Below are positions 11,701-23,700 of a DNA stretch of 64,000 bases, piece after piece. Position numbers and translations under genes: made by a program. The stretch spans positions 496,001 through 560,000 of the forward strand of contig NC_135660.1 of the NCBI RefSeq assembly GCF_964188315.1, given 5' to 3'. Within the stretch, counting starts at the first letter, position 1. Every line of letters starts with the position of its first letter. A model generated the notes under the pieces. It saw only the letters and a program-made list of their open reading frames with translations, had not been told where the DNA came from and ran no database searches. This DNA is from Podarcis muralis. Lineage: Eukaryota.

Positions 11701-14700
11701 AAGCATAAGCTATTTTAACTTGCAGCGAAATCCCTTCTGTGAATCCCTGCAGCTTTGGGTAGCGCTCTCCTCCCTGCATTTGTCTTGCCCTCTTTTAAAG
11801 CCTTCCCAGTTGGTGCCCACCGCTGTCCTCAAGAGGGGCGCCAAGCTTTTCTGGGAGGTGCGGTAGGCGAAGCAGAAGTGTTTTCTGCCAAGAACTACTT
11901 AAGTTAACTTGCCTTAGGATCCAAGCGTTTACTCCCAAAGATGGACCCTCTTCTTTTTATTCTTTTTGTGAATGTGTTTTACTGTTTTCAAAGAAAGAAA
12001 TTAACAGATACAAACCGTACAAAAAAAATTTAGAGGCAAGTCCCATATTTGAAAACTAAGGAGGGTACATTAACCCCAAGAACCTAACTCACACAAGCTG
12101 GAGCAGTTTCTTGGTTAAAGGGACAGAGCGTCTGCTCCACAATGCTGTGGGTGCTGCCAGTGTGTCCTTGTGCTCTTGGGGCCCCAAGGGAAGAAGGAGG
12201 CTGCTTGACGGCCAGCACATCATCCAGCCACTCCTCTGCACGACTGGAAACGGAGGTGGCTTTGCAGTTGGTTGCTGAAGCCCTGCAAATAGGATAGACC
12301 ATTTTGCAGAATACCGACCCTCAATACACTCACATGCAAGGTGTCTCTCTGTGCCCCATTTGGCAGTGCCCTCCCCCAACCCCACATGTATCTTGAGCTG
12401 CCTTAGTGCTTCAGATGCAGTGTTCTCATTTGGCAAACATTTAAAGCAGACAGGGCAGCCATGAAGACTAAGAAAGATCCTCCCAAGCAGAGGCTGGGGT
12501 TTAAACGCATGCCCGGAGCACGGGAAGCTGCCTTCTCCTGAGTTAGACCGCTTAGCTCAGTGCTGTTGACACTGGCTGGCAGCAGCTCTCCAAGGTCTCT
12601 GGCAGGGAGGCTTTTCCCAGCCCCCCCCCCCCGGAGGTGCCATTGAGGATGGAAGCTGGACCTGCGTGCAAAGCAGGCGCTGGGGGTGGACAGGTTCTGA
12701 CCCCTGGGCGCTTGACACTTGGCTCTCCTTTCTTTCTGAGAGGAAGCTGACTTCTGGCAGCCGGATATCTCTGCTTATGAGAAAGTCCTTTCGGAGAGGA
12801 GGAGAGACGGGGGCTTCCCTGACCGTTCTCTGCTCCGTTTGGAGATGGAGCAATGATGACCTGCATTGGGGACCCTTTTCCATGGCAGAGGCTCTGTGTT
12901 CAATTCACTCAGGTTGCTCTTTATTGCGTACGTAATCAAACGAAATACAGTTAGAGGAGCAAGCATGGGGCGACTTTCAGTTTGATTCCTGACGGAGGGG
13001 GTGAACTGGAGCATTTCCAGACAGGCCTTGTGTTCCCTGGCTGTTTTCTGTGGAGTGTGGCAGGCCAGTCTCCCTGATGCCTCCGTTGCTGCAGCATTGG
13101 TTACAATTACATCGGTTTGTGTGGCGTCTCATCCTTGGCTGCTCCTCCAGTCTTGGATTGGGTTTCTCTGGTTTGTTGGTGCTGGAGCTCCTGCCACCCC
13201 CTTGACCCCACTGTTGGCCCTTCGCCTGAGGTTTGCTCCCTGGATGCTGCGCCTGAAAAGGGTGGGGGCCTCTGTTCATAGCCAGGGGGGCAGGGGATGG
13301 AGAACCAGGGTGGGATGGAGCAGAGCAGCCCAGGGGCTGGGCAACCTGCCTGCCCCCTTGCCCACAGGGGCATCAGTAGCTGCCCTCACTATATGGGGGC
13401 CACCCTTCCCAGCCTCTCCCTCTTGCCTGCCAGGGTATAGCATTCAGCTCTTACTGGGCCCTTTCCCCGGTTTTTAATTGGGCACATCTTTTGTAAGGTG
13501 TTTTGTGAGCCTATTAGAAGGACAAAGCAGGATATCAGGGTCCTAAATAAAACTTCTAAAACATTCTGCCCATTTGGGAATCCTGGTGGCAGAAAACGTT
13601 GAGCCTCCTTGCCGGCCTGCTCCATTTGTTGCAGGAGAAGCAGCCAAGGGAGGGGGTGGGATGGCAGAGCTCCGCTCAAGCTGGCTCCCCTCTCCTCAGC
13701 AGGCAGTTCCTCTGGCTTTCTGTCTGCAAAAAGCCATTCAGGCAGGTGCTGCTGGCTAAAGAGGATTTTTAAACTTACCCAAGCACTGCTTTCCTACTGA
13801 AGATGCCCTCCCCCTTCTGTAAGTAAAGAAATGTGGCCGAGGCATGGCTGGCATCACCCTCAGAACCCTCCTTTCATGTGTCTGGGATGTCCTCCGTTGG
13901 TTCCTGGTGCTGCTTGTGAGTCCATCTGCTCCAGTTGGTTGTTCAATGGGCTCCAGCCCTTCTGGATGCCACTGTTCCTTGAGGGAGGGAGAGCACAAAC
14001 GGCTGTGGCTCAGGCCGGCCTGGGCCTTGTCACTCTTGTTAACGCCAGGCAAGAGGCGCCTGCAGGTTGGCGCTTCTGCCAGAAGCATCCCCGCTCAGCC
14101 AGGTGGAGGTCTGTGCATCACAGCTGGCCTGTGTCTGGGGCAGTCTCCTTGCATGGTGCTTTCTGAAAGGAGCCAAGGGAATAACATTCACTTTCTGGCA
14201 GGCTGCTGATGCCTAGGAATAATCAGAGTCCATTTGCATAGCTCTCCAGGAACAACCTTTGCTGGATTTGAGAGGGCCTGCTTTGCAGCTTAGACCCAAA
14301 TGAACACTTTGCCTCTTTCCCTGCCTCCTCCCCAATGGAAACGGTGAGAAGGGAGGAATGACCCTTTGCTTCATGGCTTTCGTCCCCTCTGGCCCGCAGC
14401 TGCAGAGCCTGTCAGCTGTTTCCCGGCTGTGTGGTCCCCTGCAGCTGGACTGTGCATCCCAGTTGCGGGGTGTGTGTGAAGAGACTTTCCTGGGTGGCTC
14501 TGCCCACTGGCTGCGTTCCTCACACCGATCCTACAGCTTCATGGAGATCAGAGTGTGGGGAAAGGGCTCTGTGTGAAAGGGGAATCGAAAAGGCAATTTT
14601 TTTCAAAAAAGGTAGTCACCCTCCCTCCTAAATGGCAGGAGAGCCCTTTTCCACAAACGGGTTTGGCAGCGCCATGCCTGGAGTGGGGAGAGTGTTTCTG

Positions 14701-17700
14701 TGGCACCCGGTGGCAAATTGAGGTCCCACCTGGCATTGGCAGTTGCTGTTGACTCCGCTCTGTGGAGGCATCCTCTGAGAGGCGACTCATTTTGCAAGCA
14801 GCCCTGAGTGCTTGGCTGCAGTTGTTGACACTGAAGCCGCCTTCTTCACAGAGTTGGCATTCAAACAGTGGGAATCTGGCCAGACCTAAATGGGGAAGCC
14901 AGTGCCACTGAAACTGCAGGGACTTCCAGGAGTGCCTGGAGATCAGGGCCCGAGTGCAGGGTGTCTCCCTCTGCTACACTGTCCTCCTCCACCCCGTGCC
15001 TCTTGGTTGTGCCAGGATGGAGCACCCCCATCCCTCAGACCCCTCCAGGGAGATCCACTGTAAGCCTTTCTGAAGTTGAACTGGCTGCTTTGCGTGCGGT
15101 GGGTCTTATGTTAGCAAACGACAACTTTCCCAGGGAGTCAAGAAGGACACTGACAAACTGGAACGTGTCCAGAGGAGGGCAAGCAAAATGGTCAAAGGCC
15201 TGGAAACGATTCCTTATGAGGAACGGCTAAGGGAGCTGGGCATGTTTAGCCTGGAGAAGAGGAGGTTAAGGGGTGATATGATAGCCATGTTCAAATATAT
15301 AAAAGGATGTCACATAGAGGAGGGAGAAAGGTTGTTTTCTGCTGCTCCAGAGAAGCGGACACGGAGCAATGGATCCAAACTACAAGAAAGAAGATTCCAC
15401 CTAAACATTAGGAAGAACTTCCTGACAGTAAGAGCTGTTTGACAGTGGAATTTGCTGCCAAGGAGTGTGGTGGAGTCTCCGTCTTTGGAGGTCTTTAAGC
15501 AGAGGCTTGACAACCATATGTCAGGAGTGCTCTGATGGTGTTTCCTGCTTGGCAGGGGGTTGGACTCGATGGCCCTTGTGGTCTATTCCAACCCTATGAT
15601 TCTATGGTTCTGGAGGGTGTGACATCTCCGTCTGTTTCTCCTTGCAGGGCTGCTTTGGAAGATGTGGAAGGAGATGTGACAGAGCTAGAGCAGAAGCTGG
15701 ACAAGGTGAGCAAACATCACCTGGGCAGTTCCACCCCCATCTTGCTCCTCAGAGGGTCCCTTAGGAGAAGGTTTGGGGAGGGAGAAGCAAAGTTCTGTTG
15801 CGTAAGCATAAATCATTGCTCTAGTGGAAGGGGGATATTGAATGCCACCCTTTAGGCCCAACTCCTAGTTGAAGCCAGTTGTGCTCCTGGAACCTGGGGG
15901 TCAACTAACTGCCAGTCAACTATTGAGGTGGGCATTGTCATGTGGAACGCAACCAGTTTCTGGAAATCGCAGGTGGGCAGAGTGGCGGCCGTTGTGTTCA
16001 GGTCCTGCTGGTGTGCTTCTCATGGTGTGGGGGCATCTGAATGGCCCCTGTGAGAACAGGAGACTGGACTAGATGGAGTCCCTTTGGCCGGATCCAGCAA
16101 CAGGACAGCAGGGTCTGTCCCATCCAGCATTTTCATCTGCCAAGGTGGTCAGCCAAATGTCGGAGGAAAAGGGCATTTGCTCTTCTTTGCTGCAGAGTAG
16201 ATATGTTGAGAGACGACCGCGGCCATGAGATAGGAAGACTCTGCTGCTTCTCTTTCAGTTAGTGAAGCTTTGCATTGCGATGATTGACACGGGGAAGGCC
16301 TTCTGCCTGGCAAACAAGCAGTTCATCCATGGCATTCAGGACCTGGCTCAGTATTCCAGCAAGGATGCCCTCGTGGAGGTAAGTGCCCCCTGCCAAGTGG
16401 GCTCAGAAGAGTTCCATATTCTGGGGTCTAGAGCTTCCCCTTGCCTGGGGAACGGGCGGGGGGGGGGGCTGCCTGCCTGGGCGCCTGAGTGGGCTTTTCT
16501 TAACCGGGGGCGGGAGGTGGAATCCACAGCCCATCCAGGGAGGAGCTGTTCCTAAGAGAGTGTAGGAACTTAGATGGGCTCCCCATTAAATATCCGTTGC
16601 TTTCATCTCCTGAAGCTAAGCGTACTTGGCTCTTCAGCCTTTAAATGGTAAATATATCTGTTAGTTCATGCTGACCCCTTGAGAGAAGTTGGAGAAGAGG
16701 AATGTTTGCAAGAGCAGAATCCCGCCCTCCCCTCCCGGCCCCCAGTGCAGCCGCAGTCTCTGCTGATCCCTTTGGGAGAGGGGGCTTCCCTGCTGTTCCC
16801 TGGGCAGGAATAATCTATCTGGCCTTGTTGCTTCCTCTCCCCGCCCCCCCCCCCCTGCAGACCAGCTTGACGAAGTTCTCCGACAGCCTCCAAGAGATGA
16901 TCAATTACCACACTGTAAGTTTCAGAAGTAGCTCCGCTTTTCTCCTCTATGGATTTAGAAAGCTGCTTGATAGAGATGTGAAAGTTTTTCTTCCCTGTGT
17001 TTCGTCTCCAAGACACTTAGAAATGAAATGCCTCCTTAAAAGATTTAAAATCTCTCTCTCTCTCTTTATTAAAAAAATGTGTGTTTTGAAGTCCCGATGG
17101 AGCGTGTATGACTCGGTTGTTCCAGCTTCCTGGAACATCGCAGCTCTTGGCACTCTCTGCCGGTTGCCTTGGCTGGCCATCTGGAAACTCTGCCTCCCTC
17201 CCTCTGTCAGGCATGGGGGTGAATCTGCAGCCAGAGTCTGTGCAGGGCCTTGCACATCTTAATTTCTAGCCTCCTTAACACAGAGGCTTTGTCAGAGATG
17301 ACTCCTGCAGCCTCGTGGCAGCGTGCCGAATGGTGTGGCTGATTCTTTCAGCTGCAGCGAAAGAAGGAAGCGTCCGCCATGCATCTTCCCAGCATGGGGG
17401 GAAAGAAGAGAGATGGAAGGAAGTGAGGGGCTCTTCTCCCTCCCGCCGACATTTTTGCGGCTTGTTTGCGCAGTCCCAGAGCAGGACTCTGGAGCTTAGA
17501 AACCCCAAGTTTCCATCTCTCAGTGCCCCCTTGTGGAAGGCACAGGGGCAGCGCTAGTGGGGAAAGGCAGGAAGAACTTCAGTGGGGAGACTGGCTGGAC
17601 GTTGGAAGGTGCCTTGGAGCAAGAGGCGTCCAGAAAGTCCCGGCAGCGCTTCTCCAAGGCTGAGAGGGCATGCGGTGGGGGGTTCCTCCCTGGGGCGTCC

Positions 17701-20700
17701 TGCATGCAAGCTGTGGCCCGAGGGGAGCCTACTTGGCCCCAGGCGCAATGACTTTCCTTCTGGGCCTGTTTATGAGGCTGTGGGCTGGGGCCCTTCTTGC
17801 TTAGCCAAGTGGAGGGGTGCGCAGTGTGTGGTCTTTGAGGCAGAGGCTAAGGGAGGGAGCCAGGTGGGCCCTGGGGTTCAGCGCAGGGCTGCAGCTGCTC
17901 CTCCGGCAGGTGCTCCCCCCCACCCCACCCGCAGCCTCAGTCCTGTTGCGGCTGCCTTCCGTTTCTGATCCTATTTGGGAAGGGGGAAATCCAGGGCCCA
18001 GGAAAGGTGGGGGCTTTATGTCCCCCCCCTTTTTTTTTTTTTGCTGTTTAGTCAGCTGAAAGATGTGGGTCCAGCTGAAGGGGCTCCATTGGAAGCAGGA
18101 AAGTGCCTGGCAGCCATGGGAGGAGTGAGGAGAGGCCTCGGGAAGCCTCCTCCATTTGAGCAGCTTGCAGAGTGTTGGGCGGGGGGGGGGGGAGGCAGTA
18201 CTGGCAGAGTGGGGCTGGGTTGGGGGTTCACTGCGCTGCTGCAGCATAACTTGGTCCTTGGTTGGGGGTAGGCCTTTCTCTGGCTGGTCTGTTGAGTCAT
18301 AAAACCATTCCTGCCCTGTCTTTTGGTCACTGAAAGGGGCCCCCAAGGTGGCTTGTGGCATTATAATCCCACAGTAGCAAATGCTAAGGAGAGAGCATCA
18401 AATGATGCTAAAGAAAATGAGCCAGTGGGGAGGGGTGGGGGTCACAGTCCCGAGATAAAGCCAACTGCCTAAAGCCCTCCAAGGCTCATGGAGCCAGCCG
18501 TGAAGGTGAACATTGATACTGTGTGCTGAAAAATAGTTCTGCAGCCAGTGAAGTTGTTCAGGAGCTGCTGAGCGATATTCCCTTTGGCATGTCTTAGTCA
18601 CCAACTGGGCAGCTGTATTCTGGACCAGTCGCTGCTGGCGCTGTCTTCAAGGGCTGCTCCATAGGCAGCCCATGGCAGTAGCCTAACCTGGATGCCAACA
18701 GTTCATGCATGGCAGAGGGCAGGCAGCCTCTGTTATTTGTACCTTCTCTGGCTCCATGGTGAGCTTGCCGTATAATCTGAAATATCCTTTGAGTTTAAAA
18801 AGAAAAGTGAAAGGTGACAAATTGCAGAAGCTCATTCTCTGGGCTCTGTTGCCTGGGGACCCTTAGAGAACCGGGAGGAAGAGGAGGCGGCTAGAGGTGC
18901 TGGGGCCTGGAGTGCCTTTGAGCCTAACTCTCCAAGCATTTCCTCCCTTTCAGATCCTGTTTGACCAAACACAAAGATCAATTAAAGCGCAGCTTCAGAC
19001 GTTTGTTAAAGAGTAAGTAAGACTTGTGCTTAAAGAGTCTTGGGGGTGGGGTGGGGGGGTCAGGCTTCCAGGAGGGGCTGTGGGCCAGCTGGACTCAGGT
19101 TGCATATCTTCAAGGTTTCCTCGTCACTTGGGCATGCAGATGGGGCAAGATCTTGCCTTACCATGGAGTTTTCCCAAGACTTCTGATGCTGGAGAAGAGG
19201 CATCCCCAAACTCGACCCTCCAGATGTTTTGGGACTAGAACTCCCATCATCCCTAGCTAACAGGACCCGTGGTCAGGGATGATGGGAATTGTAGTCCGAA
19301 AACATCTGGAGGGCTGAGTTTGGGGGTGCCTGCTGGAGAAGAAGCAAAGGCTTTCCTGCCATGGAAGCCAAAGCCCTGCCTGGGTTGGGCTTCCGGTTTG
19401 TTCCTCTGCCGCTCCTGAGCCACGATGGAAGTGCCAGGTCTCATTCTGCTGAGCCCCCTCGCTTGCCCCCAGGTGGGCACTCCTGTGCCTGCTCTCTCTG
19501 TCTGTTGTGCCCTCCCCATCCATGAAGCCGTCTCTGCATTCAGCCCCGATTCCCCTGTGAAGCCGCCTGGGCGCTGCTGTGCTGCGAAGGGCAGCTGATG
19601 GAGGGGAGCCCTGTGTTTCCCTTGCGCTCTAGAGATATCCGAAAGTTCAAAGATGCCAAGAAGCAGTTTGAGAAAGTCAGCGAAGAGAAGGAGAATGCCC
19701 TGGCCAAGAACGCCCAGGTCCCACGGACCAAGCAGCACGAAGTGGAAGAGGCCACCAACATCCTGACGGCCACCAGGAAGTGCTTCCGCCACATCGCTCT
19801 CGACTACGTCCTGCAGGTGGGCCGCCCTCGGGGGCTTTGGGAAAGGGCCAAGGAAATGTGTTACTGCTTCTAGGGGACTCTGGGGGTGGGGCTCCTCTGG
19901 CAGAGCAGAGGTCTTGCTTGGCTTAGCAGGAGACCCGGAGGCAGGCGGAGGCGAAGCCAAGGGCTGGCAGTCAGGCCTTGGCTGTGGGCGGGTGAAGGCT
20001 CCGAGCAAGTCAGGAGAAGCTCAGCAGTTACCTCTAGTGACTTGGGTATTCTCCATGAAGCCCCCCACTGCTGGAATTGGCGTGGGGAGGGGTCTTTGTG
20101 GAAGGCTCGCCAGGGGCCAGAGCTGGTGCTGCTGGTGGAGAGGCCTCCTCCACTTTCTCTGAAGTTGGCTGTTCCTTGGGTTCTGGGCTGTGAGCAACAC
20201 CTCTAGGTGAAGTAGCCCACTGAGCCCCTTCAAGAAGCCAGGATAGGTGGAAGGACAGCTGCAGGGTGACGAGAGCCTTGGGAGGGGGGTTCTGCCTTAT
20301 TTGGCTGCCCTGGTTTTACGGATTTCTTTGTTCCTGATGTCCAGAAAGAGAAATGTGCTTGTTTAAAAAGTAGCTTTGACTGTCCTTCCCAAAGTTAGCT
20401 GCCCTTCTAGCAGCCTCACCGTGACTGGTGCAGGAAGAGGAAGCTGGAGCGTGTCTGGTGGCTGAACAAAGGGCTTTGGAGACGGAACCATGGGAAAGAG
20501 AAGGGTCACTTCAAAGCAGCAGAAAGGAGACCCAAGTGGGGAATCCTCCCTGGCTTAGCTGGAGAGAGCTCTGGCTTGGAGAGGAGTCAGGCCAGTCCTC
20601 TTGGGAGGCCAATGAGCCACCCGCCTTTGCTGGAACCCCAGCGGGTGCCTTGCAAACAAGAAGCGTCCCAGGTGCAACGTTGGCTTGAGCTGGTCTTGAG

Positions 20701-23700
20701 TTTCCCATCCTTCTGCTTGTTTTGTGACTCCTGCTGCCAGCCTTGCGCTGCTCCTGCAGAAGCTTCTAGCTCTTCCTTCCCACGCTCTGTTGCCGACATA
20801 TTGACAGGATTCATTTTGCCCCCCAGATTAACGTTCTTCAGTCAAAGAGGAGATCAGAGATCCTAAAATCGGTAAGCTTCTCATGCCCCCGCCAGGGAAT
20901 ACTGCAGGCTTGGAACTGATGGGCGAATGTGTCCCTGAGGGACCTGGGTCTGGTGCCAGGCTCCGCCCTGTGGGAGCTGCTGGAATGAGCGGCTGTTTGC
21001 GTGGGGCCACTTTTGCCAGGTGTAGGAGGGCAGAGGGAGGGTGATGAGAGCTTGGCATCGAGGGCGGAGTGTGAGGGATGCTGGAAGCCCCCTGAGACCT
21101 TGCCTCTTCCTCCCTGCCAGATGCTGTCCTTCATGTATGCCCACCTGGCCTTTTTCCATCAAGGCTACGACCTTTTCAGTGAACTTGGACCCTACATGAA
21201 AGACCTTGGAGCTCAGGTAACGACTGCAGTGGGTGGCTGGGTCTCTCTCCCGGGGACGGAGCTGGCCTTCATGCTCTCTCCTCTGGCGGTGGAGCAGGGC
21301 TCTCCTCCTCCTCCGCTGCTGCTGCTCCTGCCGTGAGAAGGGCTGGCCCGGCAGCTGGCTCTGGAGCGGCTCAGGCGGCATGAGTCATCCTTTTCTCCAG
21401 CCGGCCCTTGCGCTGCACCAGCCCCACCGCAGGTCCCTGGCACCTTGGCTATTCTGGGAAGCCAACTCCTTGGAGCAGCGGCAGGAAGCGGGCAGGCCCT
21501 GCCCAGCCTCAGGTCGGGAATCTGGCAGGTAGGCTGCCAGGGGAGGGGAGCTCGCCGGGCAGGGGGGCATCCTGGCACACCGAGCAAGGCGCCCCACCTC
21601 TCGGGCCCTGGAGGTACAGGAGCCTGCACTGCCAACTCTCTTCCTTTCTTACAGCTTGAGAGGCTGGCTGTAGATGCTGTGAGGGAGAAGAAGGAGATGG
21701 AGCACAAACACTCCACCATTCAGCAAAAGGTACGGTGGGGGCAGCCAGTCCACCCGCTTGGTCTCTCTCTTCTGGCTGCATCGAAAAAGTTCCCCAGTGT
21801 GCTCCCGCTGCCAGCAGGGCTTCCAGGGCACTCTCCCAGCCCCCAGCCCCCCAGTGCCAGCTGCCCAGGGGGCACTATGCGGAGGGAGAAGCCAGGGCTG
21901 CCCAGGTCCTCTGTGGATGCCCACTCTGGCCCTCCAGTAAGGCCAAGGCGGCTGCCTGCCACTCGGCGGGACCGCCAATGAAGCCATCTCTGTAGAAACA
22001 GGCTCTTAGAAGGTTGTCACATGTGTTGAGCTGGGTGCTGTTTATTTTTAAATTTAGGAATTGCCTTTTACATGTTTGTCAAGACAGTTTACAAACATAG
22101 CTAAAAATAGTTTAAAAAACAGTACAACAACCCCTCCCCAGAAAGAATCACAAAGAGGTTTGAAAACAGCACTATTATTATTGCTTCTGAGTCTCGGCCC
22201 TTGAAAATGTAAGTCAGCAGCCCATTCTGAAGCTGGTCTTGGGAAGACCAAGGCAAAAGAGAACCAAAGTAGTCCAAATTTATCTTCTGTACCATGAAAA
22301 TAAATAAAAACAGTATTTTAAAAGAGAGAGAGGGAGGAGCAAAGGGCTGCTGCGTTTTGGGGGGAGGTCAGAGGTGTCCTCTGCCTCTCGGCTTTCTCAG
22401 GGCACAGGCAGGATTCTGCTTCCCCGCGTGATGGAGCTGCAGATCCCTGGGACTGTGCTGCTGCTGAGAGCTGCTTCTGGAGGACCCCAAAGGGACAAAC
22501 TCTGGTCATCTGACTCAGGTGGCCTCCTGCCTCTTTCCACCAACCTGACCCAGGAGCTGCCACTCCAGTTGGGTTCAGAAGCAACTTGTTGAGACCCCCA
22601 ATTTTTCTTCCCTGCCCAAGGCAGGGCTGTGCAGGATTTCTTGAGTTGTGGGGCTCAGCTGCCCCACCATCTCCCCCACAGCTGCCCTCCCATGTCAGCT
22701 TGCAAGGGGAACCCTAACAGCTTGCCCAAGAAGGGCAAGCAAGACAGGAAGAGTCCATTTCTTTGTGAATGAAGCCTTCAGGCGTGAAGAGTCTCCGCTG
22801 TACCTGCCGCCACCAGAAGGGAGACTGGTGCCCCATCTGCTGCCACTCACTTTCCACTTCATGGCAGACTGTCTTATTTTGGGGTGAGGGGGACCGGCCT
22901 GGGAGAGGTGCCCCATCTTGCTGCCCTTGTTGAACAAGGTGCCTCTTTTCTGCCAGGACTTCGCCAGCGATGACCCTATGCTAGAGTACAATGTGGATAC
23001 CGCCAGTGGCGTCGTCATGGAAGGCTACCTCTTCAAGCGAGCCAGCAACGCCTTCAAGACCTGGAACAGGTACCCGGCTTCCTCTTTGGCCTCCTCCTCT
23101 TCCTGCTGCTACCACTGTCTGTGGCCTGGGCTGGGCTTTGCTGTGTGCTCCCCCAAGACAGGCTGCTCTCTTCCCCTTCCCACTTGTGGCTCTCTGACCT
23201 CTGAGGCAGATGCATCACCTTCCGTCGCCTCCCCTCCACACAGGACTAATCCCTTTAACAGCACATGGAGGGGGTCACAAATTTGCACCCCTAGTTTTGC
23301 TGTCTGTGAGCTTCTCTCTGCTGGGTTTTTCCGATCATCATGCATTTTTCTGCCCAAATCCCCTGTAAACCATCATCAATGGGGAAAGGTGGGCCTGGAA
23401 TGGTGGGTCTGTGGGGTGCCAGGCTCCCTAGGAGGGTCAGGGTGAGTTCACACTGCTGCACTGGCCCGTCTGCCACCTTTCAGTGGGAGTGTGGCATTAC
23501 CTGCCAAAATCAGATGGAGGCGCTGTGTGTGCCTGTCGGCTTGGAAGCTGCCCCTTGAGGCCATGCCGCCCTCACCCACCCTGCTGGCTGCCTTGCGTTG
23601 CCCTTTGACCCTCAGCTCAGAAATAAGGAGAAGAGAGGCGGTGGGGGCTGTTCTTTCCCCCCATGAGATCTTCTGCAGCTTGCTATTTCCAAATGGGACC

